Source: an uncultured virus (IMG/VR IMGVR_UViG_3300019885_000016) (taxonomy: Duplodnaviria; Heunggongvirae; Uroviricota; Caudoviricetes). Taken from it: a stretch of DNA of 20,000 nucleotides. A program made the translations under genes and the position numbers. The stretch's first letter is position 1. Every line of letters starts with the position of its first letter. Positions 1 to 8,076 of the stretch are shown piece by piece. The stretch lies in IMG/VR virus record IMGVR_UViG_3300019885_000016. One strand, given 5' to 3'. The notes under the pieces are model-generated. The model was given only the letters and a program-made list of their open reading frames with translations, did not search any database and had not been told where the DNA came from.

Positions 1-1695
1 CGAAGTGAAACCGGATACAGCATGCAGGTTGAACCCGTCGAAAGAGCAAGACACTTCCTTGATGTGGTTGAATACGGTCATATCTATTTAGACCAGGAAG
101 AAACTCTGCCTAACGGCAAGAAGTTGGAGGCAGGAAAACTACTTGGAGAGCATTTTCCCGAAGGCATGTACTTTAATTTTGTGGGAGATACGTTAGTAGA
201 AGTCGAGCCAGTGAAGAAGAGAAGGAAGTGGTCTCTGGTTCGATATGGGAAGAAGGCAGGTACACATCGAGGAACAGGGATGCAGATTGGTATTCCAATG
301 CAGGATGTCATTGACGACTCGTTTAATTTAACTTACGCCACCGGCATGACTGTCGGGCATCCGCTCACGATAGTTAATCGCAAGTTTGCGCCTGAATTGC
401 CGGATGCGAACAATATGCTATTCGTGAATAATTCGGAGGTGGATGTCAATAAGGTCGCTACAAGAATCTCAGGAGGAGCAGTGTCAAGTGTTGTGGATTC
501 CACTGCTGAACGTGTGGAAGGGGCGTTGCAGTTCATTCTTGGGACTCAGAGTGTCATTGGTACGGTCGGGGCACCGGACGCAAGGCAGGCGATGGGCACG
601 GCCACTGCCGTCACCGCGACGGTTGAAAACGCAGCGCTTCGGATGACTGGCCCCATCGGACAAAGAGTAGCGGCAGAGAAGGAATTGAGATTCCAGATTT
701 TAGAGAACATTAAGGAGCATTCAGCGCCTGAGCAAATCAAAGAGTTGGAGAGAAGATTCGGCCCCGACACGGTTGCGTCTTTTAGAAAGTGTGGCTTTCG
801 TCTTGACCTGACTATTAAAGTTGTGCCGAACACGGACAGACCACGCTCAATGGCTTTGACTCAATCTACTCTGATGGCGCTGGGTCAGATGGCTCCTGCG
901 CTGGCGAATGTTCCCTGGGGCGGGGAGTTACTGTCAATAATGGGAGATGTTGCCGGAATCCCCCTAGACATCGGCCCCGGTCGTGTTGATAGAAGAGAAG
1001 CCGAGTATCGTCTGAATAAGTTGTCGGCAATCGTCGAAAGAATCCAAGCAAAAGACTCTGCGTACTTGGCAAACTCAGAACAAGCGGCAGTAGAGATTTA
1101 CAACATGCTTGCCAGATTCTGCGGGCCGCTGATTCAGACGGAAAGTCCTGCTTCAATGTTCATGCAAGATCATCAATCTTTCATGGATGTTTATAAAGAC
1201 GCTCTTCTGGGAGAAGAGGCCAAGATGTGGCCGGATGCTCAGAAACTCGTAGTTATTCAATTATGGATGGATCACTTCAATGAGCAAATGACTGGCGAGG
1301 CTAAGAAGGCTGAGATGGCAAAAGAGGTGCAGGACAAGATTACGCCACCTCCACCGGAGCCTTCCCTGCCACAGAAGATTGCCGAAGGGCTGTCAATCAA
1401 ATACACCGACCTGGCGGCTGCTCCTTCACCTTTGCAGGCTCAGGTTCTGCAACTTGCTGGCTTGCAGGTCGAACCCGCGCAAGCGAGCGACCAGACAAGC
1501 AGCGACGGTCAGAATACGCTCGTACAGAGTGCTGTGGAGCATGAAGCAGGGGAAGAGTCTAAGGATACGGACGTAGAAAGACAGATGGCCTTGAATGAGC
1601 ACCAACACCACTTGGATGAAGAGGCCAAAGATAACCAGATGCACCGTGATTTAGCTAAGCAGGCGCACAGCGCACAGCAGAATGGAGGGGCATGA
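1..1695 (+). CDS. Phage portal protein (podovirus P22/T7-like), 5'-truncated by the window edge
   Basis: The frame is open from base 1, so the gene starts upstream. Portal-like segments are PMQDVIDDSFN and GTATAVTATVENAALRM...ELRFQILENIKEH, followed by a long Q/E/A-rich helical C-terminus. It lies upstream of the scaffold and capsid genes. Confidence 0.8.
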   Translation, partial: RSETGYSMQVEPVERARHFLDVVEYGHIYLDQEETLPNGKKLEAGKLLGEHFPEGMYFNFVGDTLVEVEPVKKRRKWSLVRYGKKAGTHRGTGMQIGIPMQDVIDDSFNLTYATGMTVGHPLTIVNRKFAPELPDANNMLFVNNSEVDVNKVATRISGGAVSSVVDSTAERVEGALQFILGTQSVIGTVGAPDARQAMGTATAVTATVENAALRMTGPIGQRVAAEKELRFQILENIKEHSAPEQIKELERRFGPDTVASFRKCGFRLDLTIKVVPNTDRPRSMALTQSTLMALGQMAPALANVPWGGELLSIMGDVAGIPLDIGPGRVDRREAEYRLNKLSAIVERIQAKDSAYLANSEQAAVEIYNMLARFCGPLIQTESPASMFMQDHQSFMDVYKDALLGEEAKMWPDAQKLVVIQLWMDHFNEQMTGEAKKAEMAKEVQDKITPPPPEPSLPQKIAEGLSIKYTDLAAAPSPLQAQVLQLAGLQVEPAQASDQTSSDGQNTLVQSAVEHEAGEESKDTDVERQMALNEHQHHLDEEAKDNQMHRDLAKQAHSAQQNGGA

Positions 1696-1982
1696 TGAAG
1701 GTCAGATTTGTAGGTGGCTCTTTAGATGGCGAAGAATGTGATTCGCCTGATGCAGGCTCGCCATTGCTTAACATCCCTGTGGCTCGGGCAGAGAAGATTA
1801 AGCCTGTGGACGAGGCATTGACCGATGCGGTAAGGAGTCTCAACGGGGAATATACATGCCCACACTATGACATTGAAAGTTATAGCTTAAATGGAAAAGA
1901 AGGCGATGCGCTGATTTATACCTACGCGCATACTCAACTATTCCTAGACCAAGAGGAGAATGGAGACGGAATCAATGAATAA
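1692..1982 (+). CDS. Small hypothetical phage protein (96 aa; N-terminal FVGGSLDG motif)
   Basis: ATGA overlap with the portal stop and GGAGGGG upstream. The xFxGGxxDG N-terminus is common in small phage proteins. Confidence 0.75.
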   Translation: MMKVRFVGGSLDGEECDSPDAGSPLLNIPVARAEKIKPVDEALTDAVRSLNGEYTCPHYDIESYSLNGKEGDALIYTYAHTQLFLDQEENGDGINE

Positions 1983-2211
1983 AAATAAATCTCGACTTTG
2001 GCAAATGCAATTTGGCGTTCCTCGTCCAACTGAGGCTGAGCCGGACAAGTGGGTTATGGAGTGGCGGAATGTAAGCGCGCCTTCTATGAAAGAAGCGATG
2101 GAAATTATTGAGCAGGAGTATGAAGGCGCATACTTTTTCGGAATAAATGAAAGAGGGACTATAGACTACGCATTCGCAGTAGCAGAGGGTGGCCCGATGC
2201 TTAGACACTGA
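1975..2211 (+). CDS. Small hypothetical protein (78 aa) whose C-terminus matches a major-capsid peptide
   Basis: The track ORF is 1960..2211. ATG 1975 is preferred because GGAG at 1962-1965 gives a normal SD spacing. It overlaps the previous stop and ends ...YAFAVAEGGPMLRH. Confidence 0.75.
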   Translation: MNKNKSRLWQMQFGVPRPTEAEPDKWVMEWRNVSAPSMKEAMEIIEQEYEGAYFFGINERGTIDYAFAVAEGGPMLRH

Positions 2212-2285
2212 TTGTATAGATGCTTGAAGAGAAGTAGATAACATGCACAAGGTTAAAACTGATGGGATGGCTATGAGAGGTAAAA

Positions 2286-2654
2286 ATGAGAATTCATCAT
2301 CTGCATGTGTGGGTTCGTCTTGGTGGGAATGGCGATAGTTTGATGTGTTCATCGTGCTCTGCTGGCATCCACAGAGCGCGGGATGGCAGTCATGGTTATG
2401 AGCTTTCGTCGACAGCATGTCGCAGGCTTACGGTTGAGCATGCACTTCAGTGTCTTGAACGAAAAGAGCGCCCCACAACCCAAGCGGCACTCAGGTTTGT
2501 AGAAGCGACGAAAGAGGCAATGAAGAAGGAACTAAGACACCGCGTTCATCTAGCAGGAAAGCCCCGCTATTCAAGAAATCTCCGGCGAGCCTTATTAGTG
2601 GTAGAGAAAAACATTTATCGTACCGACACACTTGGAAGGTATGTTTATTCTTAA
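2286..2654 (+). CDS. Hypothetical basic protein (122 aa) with CxxC and a further Cys, possibly Zn/nucleic-acid binding
   Basis: GAGAGGT precedes the ATG. Contains CSSC...HR...CRR and an R/K-rich C-terminal half. Confidence 0.65.
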   Translation: MRIHHLHVWVRLGGNGDSLMCSSCSAGIHRARDGSHGYELSSTACRRLTVEHALQCLERKERPTTQAALRFVEATKEAMKKELRHRVHLAGKPRYSRNLRRALLVVEKNIYRTDTLGRYVYS

Positions 2655-2666
2655 ACCGATAAAGGA

Positions 2667-2840
2667 ATGTCTAGCGTTCGGCATCTAAAAAAAGATAGCA
2701 TTCCACCACAAACTTGTAGTAAGATTAACTTGGTGGAAGAGGTTGACCGTCTGACCCGCGAGGTTCACACGGTTACACACCAACTCTCCACCATCACCAA
2801 GCGGCTTTTTGATTTGAAAGAACAGATCAAGAAGTCCTAA
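2667..2840 (+). CDS. Small coiled-coil hypothetical protein (57 aa; below the ORF-track cut-off)
   Basis: Translated by hand: MSSVRHLKKDSIPPQTCSKINLVEEVDRLTREVHTVTHQLSTITKRLFDLKEQIKKS*. The C-terminal half has a heptad pattern and the ORF fills the gap in the operon. The start codon is uncertain. Confidence 0.5.
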   Translation: MSSVRHLKKDSIPPQTCSKINLVEEVDRLTREVHTVTHQLSTITKRLFDLKEQIKKS

Positions 2841-2889
2841 CTTAATAGAGCTAAGTTCTTAAAAAGAACCCGCTCACCAACGGACTACT

Positions 2890-2954
2890 AAGCCCGCTGG
2901 CTACAGAGTCAAGTGACACGAGATGTCACCCGCTCTGAGGTCAGCGGGCTTTTT
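2890..2954 (+). promoter_or_regulatory. Long interrupted RNA hairpin with a T-tract directly upstream of the scaffold start (terminator/attenuator or translational control element)
   Basis: Nested stems are AAGCCCGCTGGCT/GGTCAGCGGGCTT, CAGAG/CTCTG and GTGACA-CGAGA-TGTCAC. TTTTT follows at 2950-2954 and the ATG is at 2960. Confidence 0.6.
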
Positions 2955-2959
2955 CGTTT

Positions 2960-4261
2960 ATGTCAACAAATTTAGAAACACCAGCCGAAGATTTCCTTTC
3001 TTCGGTCGCAGACTTCGGAATTGACTCTCAACCGGAAGAGGTTAGCCCTCTGCCAGCAAACGCCACCGAGGAAGCTGGCGACGCTGTGCAGAGCGAGCAG
3101 GCCAAAGGCGAAGAGCAGTTGGAAGTCGCAGCCACTGAGAGCGGGCAACCTCAAGAGGTCAAGGCAGAGCCGGTTAAGGCCGAAGAAGCTAAGATTGAAG
3201 AGAAGCCCGCAGAAGAGTCTCAAGAAGCTAAGGCTGCGAGACCTAGCTTCTGGGATCACTTCATCTCGTCACAGCCCATCGGGGAAATCCTCGACCACAT
3301 GCAGACACAATCCCCTTCCCGTTACGGCGAGATGGAGACGGAAGTCTTGGGTCGAAGGCTTGCAGACCCCGCTAAATTTGCTCTTTCGCACTACGAGCGA
3401 GACCCGGAAGGCTATGGCCGACAGTCTCTCGCTTACTACGAGGTGGCGAAGGATTTCTACCGCCAACAGGTCATAAAAGACAACCCTGACATTCAGGCCG
3501 CTCTCACCTTCCACGAAAAATATAAAGACAGTGTGAAGGAGGAGGACGACTTTGAATTGACCTCTGACATTGAAGAGGACATCCGCGCGCTCCACGACCC
3601 CGCAGTTGCCGAAAGGATGATTAAACGTCTGAAGGCAACGAGCGAGAAGAAGCCGGAAGAGCCTAAGACGGAGACGCCCAAGAGCGAGGAGGTCAAAAAG
3701 CCAGCAGCACAACCACCAGACGAAGCTATCCAAACAGAGATTAAGGCGACTCTGGACGCTGGCTACAACGAACTCTTCTTCTATCTCGGCTCAAAAGCGG
3801 ATGACCCCAAACAGTTAGGGTTGAAGGTCACACCGGAAGAGCGCGAGCGTGCGCCGGAAGTTGCCGACCTGAAGGACTTCAAGCGCCACGTTCTGTTCGA
3901 TGCTTACGGCGACCTTCCGGACTTCGAGCGGGGATTGTTTGAGTGGGCGAAGGAGAGGGATATCAATGGAGTCAAATTCATAGATGCCTTCGACGACTGG
4001 AAGAAGTTCGCAGTGGCGCGCGAGAAGCCGAACGCAATCGCAGCCGCGAAGAAGATGATTCCCTTCGCCGACCAGTACATGGGTGAACGGTTGAAGAACC
4101 CAATCTTTGCTCGGATAGACAAGCAGATTCAGGCGGCAATCCAGGCGGTAAATCCCACACAGAAAACAGAGAATTTCACTCCGGGGACACTCAAGACGGT
4201 CTCGCAGCCCGCAAGCCCCGAAACCGCCTTCTTTGATGAGGCGGCAAACTACGGACTTTAA
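2960..4261 (+). CDS. Putative capsid scaffolding protein (433 aa)
   Basis: Very acidic, low-complexity E/K/P/A N-terminus and a helical body. It lies immediately before the capsid gene. Confidence 0.6.
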   Translation: MSTNLETPAEDFLSSVADFGIDSQPEEVSPLPANATEEAGDAVQSEQAKGEEQLEVAATESGQPQEVKAEPVKAEEAKIEEKPAEESQEAKAARPSFWDHFISSQPIGEILDHMQTQSPSRYGEMETEVLGRRLADPAKFALSHYERDPEGYGRQSLAYYEVAKDFYRQQVIKDNPDIQAALTFHEKYKDSVKEEDDFELTSDIEEDIRALHDPAVAERMIKRLKATSEKKPEEPKTETPKSEEVKKPAAQPPDEAIQTEIKATLDAGYNELFFYLGSKADDPKQLGLKVTPEERERAPEVADLKDFKRHVLFDAYGDLPDFERGLFEWAKERDINGVKFIDAFDDWKKFAVAREKPNAIAAAKKMIPFADQYMGERLKNPIFARIDKQIQAAIQAVNPTQKTENFTPGTLKTVSQPASPETAFFDEAANYGL

Positions 4262-4270
4262 GGAGACATC

Positions 4271-5623
4271 ATGGCTTCCTCAATCACGACTACTACGATT
4301 AACGGCATCCTTCCGAAGCTAATCGAGAAGGGCAGAAACCTACAGGTGGCTCAATCCCGCTTCTTTCAGGAGATGGAGAAGGTCAAGAAGATTAACAAGA
4401 TTAACCCCGGCGGACTCTACACACCGTACCAGACGGGTGAGAACAACATGGCCTTCGCCGTCGCTGAAGGCGGGCCGATTCTATCAGGCGGAGCGCCCTC
4501 TTATGCAATGGGCGTTACACAGTTGAGGCAGCACTGGGCTTCGATTGCATGGACTGGAGCGCTTGAGAGAATCAAGAACGAATTTCTCACTGAAGTCGCG
4601 CAGGACTCCCGGTATGCGGGCGAGGGCATGCCGAAGCTAATGCAGCGCGCCGGAAATATGGCCGTTGGCGCAGTCATCTACTCAGCCCTGAAGATGTACG
4701 CAAGGCGTGAAAATTTCTTTGCATTGCAGGGCACTGATAAGAGTGCGATAGGCATCATCACTGGGTTACCGGGCGGCAACGTCATCCAGTGTTCGTGGGA
4801 CTCTACGAATCAAGGAAACCGTCTATTCGATGCTGACCAGCAGGTGCAAATCTTCTCCCCCGGTGGAGTACAGAGAACCACAGGATTAGCCACAGTAGGC
4901 TCATCCCTCTACAACACGGTTCTGAGTGTTGATAAGACTCCCGCTTCGGGAGACACCGGGCCGGTAACCTTCTCGGAAGCACCTCCTTCAAATGCGGACG
5001 TTGGCGATACCGTTGTGTTCCGCAACTCCTACGGGCTGATGCCACAGGGCTTCATCCATTACGTGGATGATACGGGAACGTTCAAAGGAATCACTCGCTC
5101 GACGAACCCGGCGATCTTCAATTCCGTCATTACTAGACTGTCAGGCTCGCCCACAATCAGCCCGGCTCATATACGTGAACAATTATCACAGATGGAGTCG
5201 AAGGCTGGCTACGGAGTTCCTTTGAACCTGCAAATCTGGTGGTCGAAGACCCAGGAGTTCAACTGGGAGAGTCAGTTGTACACGACTCCGTTTGTTCGAC
5301 AGGTGGACGCTTCCAAAGTCGGACGAGTTGATCTGGCTCCGGGTGAAAGTTACTGGGATGGTCACAAGTTTATGGGTGACCAGGATGTTCCTCCCGGCCA
5401 TGTTGATTTCATCAACATGCTTAGTTGGAGAAAGGTCACACAGACTCCACTTCAGCCTTACGAGTTTGACGGCGGTAGTTATGTCGTGAACCCGATCAAC
5501 TCTTATGGAGAGAGACTAGACCAGCGACAGTCAACCGTCTTCAGCGAGTACAACTGGGACTGCGACGACCCGCGAACAAATGGACGTATCGAGGGCGCAG
5601 CATTTAATCGGATCCATGTGTGA
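4271..5623 (+). CDS. Major capsid protein, HK97 fold (450 aa)
   Basis: Strong SD AAGGAG. It has an E-loop-type AFAVAEGGP segment, a backbone helix ending RRENFFALQG, a beta-rich insertion, PQGFIHYVDD and a C-terminal CDDPRTNGRIEG strand. It follows the scaffold gene. Confidence 0.85.
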   Translation: MASSITTTTINGILPKLIEKGRNLQVAQSRFFQEMEKVKKINKINPGGLYTPYQTGENNMAFAVAEGGPILSGGAPSYAMGVTQLRQHWASIAWTGALERIKNEFLTEVAQDSRYAGEGMPKLMQRAGNMAVGAVIYSALKMYARRENFFALQGTDKSAIGIITGLPGGNVIQCSWDSTNQGNRLFDADQQVQIFSPGGVQRTTGLATVGSSLYNTVLSVDKTPASGDTGPVTFSEAPPSNADVGDTVVFRNSYGLMPQGFIHYVDDTGTFKGITRSTNPAIFNSVITRLSGSPTISPAHIREQLSQMESKAGYGVPLNLQIWWSKTQEFNWESQLYTTPFVRQVDASKVGRVDLAPGESYWDGHKFMGDQDVPPGHVDFINMLSWRKVTQTPLQPYEFDGGSYVVNPINSYGERLDQRQSTVFSEYNWDCDDPRTNGRIEGAAFNRIHV

Positions 5624-5675
5624 TTTTAACCGAAAAGGGTTCACGTCTAAGCGGGGCACAACATTTGGGCGAGAA

Positions 5676-5701
5676 GGGGGCGGTAGCTGTGCGCCGCCCC
5701 T
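5676..5701 (+). terminator. GC-rich hairpin after the capsid gene (possible leaky terminator or mRNA-stabilising stem)
   Basis: GGGGGCGG-TAGCTGTGCG-CCGCCCCT. Only a weak T-tract (ACCTTTG) follows. Confidence 0.45.
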
Positions 5702-5715
5702 ACCTTTGAGAAGCA

Positions 5716-6480
5716 ATGGCAACTCTTGAAGAAAAACAGAGTTATTACGAGTACGGGCGGGAGCGTGTGTTCAAACTACCTCCGCGCCTCGACCCTGTGA
5801 TTGAGAAAGAGCTTTTACGGTTCGGGCGCGACGAGAACGGCGACCCGCTATGGCGATTTTGCTGGGGTGGTGCTTGCATCATTCGCAGTAGTCCAAGCGC
5901 GCCGTGGGGAACTATTCGCGGAAATCTTGATGCCACGCGAGTAGATAAAGGCCGTTTGGTTCTTCGCTATCTCGACCCTCCAAAGATGATGTCACCTATT
6001 GCTCTCTGTTTTAAGCAGGGCAAGAAGATTAAGAGGGTAAAGCGGGAATCGGACGTGCCGAAAGGCGCTATGTCTTGGTGGGAGTACGAGTACACGGACT
6101 TCGGCCATCTCCGATGGTTTCTGGAAAGAAAACTGACAGCCGCGCAACTGGTCGAAGCGAAAGTCTTCTTACCGGACGACCCTTATCTTCCCAGACAAGG
6201 CGAGTACATCTCGATAATGGATCGGCCCATTGAAACGCCAGACGGGAAATACTTTGAGCCGACAATGGCCTATCTGGAAGTCATCGCAGAGCACCTTGTT
6301 GAAGAGCAGACCGAATCCATGCGCGACCTGCTCACAAAGTACAGAGAGAAGCGAGAAAAAAGAGAACAGGACGTGGAGCACGAAAAAGACAAACGTGAAT
6401 TTCTTGATGTGGTTGATATGGTCTCTCAGGTAATGCGCGAGCCTGTCAATCCAACCTATTCGATACCGGAGAATTTATGA
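5716..6480 (+). CDS. Hypothetical phage protein (254 aa)
   Basis: Long ORF in the operon, with W/Y-rich motifs (PLWRFCWG, RWFLER, PRQGEY). Its stop overlaps the next ATG (ATGA). Confidence 0.8.
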   Translation: MATLEEKQSYYEYGRERVFKLPPRLDPVIEKELLRFGRDENGDPLWRFCWGGACIIRSSPSAPWGTIRGNLDATRVDKGRLVLRYLDPPKMMSPIALCFKQGKKIKRVKRESDVPKGAMSWWEYEYTDFGHLRWFLERKLTAAQLVEAKVFLPDDPYLPRQGEYISIMDRPIETPDGKYFEPTMAYLEVIAEHLVEEQTESMRDLLTKYREKREKREQDVEHEKDKREFLDVVDMVSQVMREPVNPTYSIPENL

Positions 6481-7499
6481 GTTCAATCGCAGAGATTATC
6501 AGCAATCGTGAGGGCGTTAACGCATCCTTTTTAGATGAAGCGATGCGAAGAGTTGAGGCTATAAAAGCTGTCCTCTTTGTCTGGCATCCGTACATGCCGC
6601 TCAACAACTTGGGCGCAGACACCTTTCGCTTCAACTACCCTCGTCCCGTATTGCACCGACTTGAACCGCTTCCAGTTACGACCGTTGAGCGAGCCGACAT
6701 TCATTCACGGGGAAGAAACTCTCTCGGCATGACCGGGGTTTCTAACTTTCGCGGTACGGGCGCATCTCTTGAGGGCGATGTGCTGGGAGCGGGAGGCTTT
6801 GTCCCTTCAGGTCAGGGCGCAATCGTCAAGCAGGAGCAGCAGCGACCCGCAGAGACCGTGATTGACATATTACAGGCATGGTCGAAAGTCGGCATGGTGG
6901 AGCTTCAGTCTCTGGCAGCGTCTGACGAGAACGAATTGATTCTTTCCTACAAGTTGTACGACGTAATATTCAAGGAGGCAGAGACAGAGGAGCATCTGGA
7001 GATTGGCAGACGCCCCGTTAGTCTAGTGCTTGAAGACTACCCTTTATGGCTGGAACGCTCTGCGCCTCGTGTCCTTGAGCACGCTCTTAGAAGCGGTCTT
7101 CCTGCCACACTGGAGAAAAAGGGAGAGCGCCTCATCGCGGAGGCTTCGCAAGGCGTGGCTCGCGCTCATGTGTTCGTGCTTGACCCTGAGAATGGAATTC
7201 TCCCCAAGACCAGAAAAGGCTTGCAGGTAGCCAAGCAGGGTGGATTGGAAGGAAAGACTCACCTTGACCGTCAGGACATGTGGTGTCTTGAGCAGTTTCC
7301 ATCGTTCCAGGTGAACCCGGACGCCGAAAGAGCGGAGAGGGCACTTGCAGCAACGATTGAGAAGGGCAGCGAGTCGGCTGAAAGTACGAATGCGGGACTC
7401 TTGGCAATCGTCGAGCAGAACCAGACGGTCATTGGGATGCTGGCCGAGCAGCAACGCCAGACCAACGAACTCATTCAACAGGTCAGTAAGAGAAAGTAA
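6477..7499 (+). CDS. Hypothetical phage protein (340 aa), C-terminal coiled coil
   Basis: ATGA coupling to the upstream gene, GGAG SD and a Q-rich helical C-terminus. Confidence 0.8.
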   Translation: MSSIAEIISNREGVNASFLDEAMRRVEAIKAVLFVWHPYMPLNNLGADTFRFNYPRPVLHRLEPLPVTTVERADIHSRGRNSLGMTGVSNFRGTGASLEGDVLGAGGFVPSGQGAIVKQEQQRPAETVIDILQAWSKVGMVELQSLAASDENELILSYKLYDVIFKEAETEEHLEIGRRPVSLVLEDYPLWLERSAPRVLEHALRSGLPATLEKKGERLIAEASQGVARAHVFVLDPENGILPKTRKGLQVAKQGGLEGKTHLDRQDMWCLEQFPSFQVNPDAERAERALAATIEKGSESAESTNAGLLAIVEQNQTVIGMLAEQQRQTNELIQQVSKRK

Positions 7500-7515
7500 A
7501 ACAAAGGAGGAAGAG

Positions 7516-8073
7516 ATGGGTGAACACATTGTTATCGAATTGGGCGAGAAGGTTAAGCTCAAAGGCACGGACGCGGAAGACGGCGACCGCTTCCACATTA
7601 CGGGTGGGGCGGCCATTGCCGATTCCTCTCAAGACCTTGCGGGCAAGTCAATAGAACTCGTAGGCGCGCAACTCGGTCGCACACACGTCTCCTACGGGCC
7701 TGACCTTTCTGAAACACTTACGGGCGAAGAGAAGTTCGCAGGGCGCGGCGCAACCCGCTCATCACACGACGAGTGGGATATTGAAGTAGTTCCGAAGGGG
7801 GCTAAGAAAGAGGGCACGCAGGCCGCGCCTGATTCGCCCCTGGCCTCTTCAAATGTTCACGAAGGGCTTCTGCCGATGAGTGAAGTACAGGAAGAGCCAT
7901 CTGAAAAGACTCCCTACGGGATGGATCAAGAGAACAAGCCTGTTGCTCCTCATCCCAGTATGACTGCCGGTGGAGCACATAACGTGGCGAAGCAGAGCGA
8001 GGATGCTGAAGCCACTGGCCCGACTGTGCCCGTCGCGGACGAGAAGAAGAGGGGCAAGAAGAAAAGAAAGTAA
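7516..8073 (+). CDS. Hypothetical protein (185 aa): small beta-rich N-terminal domain, disordered acidic linker, basic tail
   Basis: Start moved from 7345 to ATG 7516, which follows AAGGAGG. The N-terminal ~90 aa have a beta-strand pattern (IELVGAQLGRTHVSY). Ends KKRGKKKRK. Confidence 0.75.
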   Translation: MGEHIVIELGEKVKLKGTDAEDGDRFHITGGAAIADSSQDLAGKSIELVGAQLGRTHVSYGPDLSETLTGEEKFAGRGATRSSHDEWDIEVVPKGAKKEGTQAAPDSPLASSNVHEGLLPMSEVQEEPSEKTPYGMDQENKPVAPHPSMTAGGAHNVAKQSEDAEATGPTVPVADEKKRGKKKRK

Positions 8074-8076
8074 GTA

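Noticed and set aside
2212..2242. Possible sigma70 promoter TTGTAT-N17-TAGATA
   Set aside because: The -10 element lacks the conserved final T, so support is insufficient.
7345..7515. N-terminal extension of the 242-aa track ORF
   Set aside because: It overlaps the upstream gene. A strong AAGGAGG supports ATG 7516.
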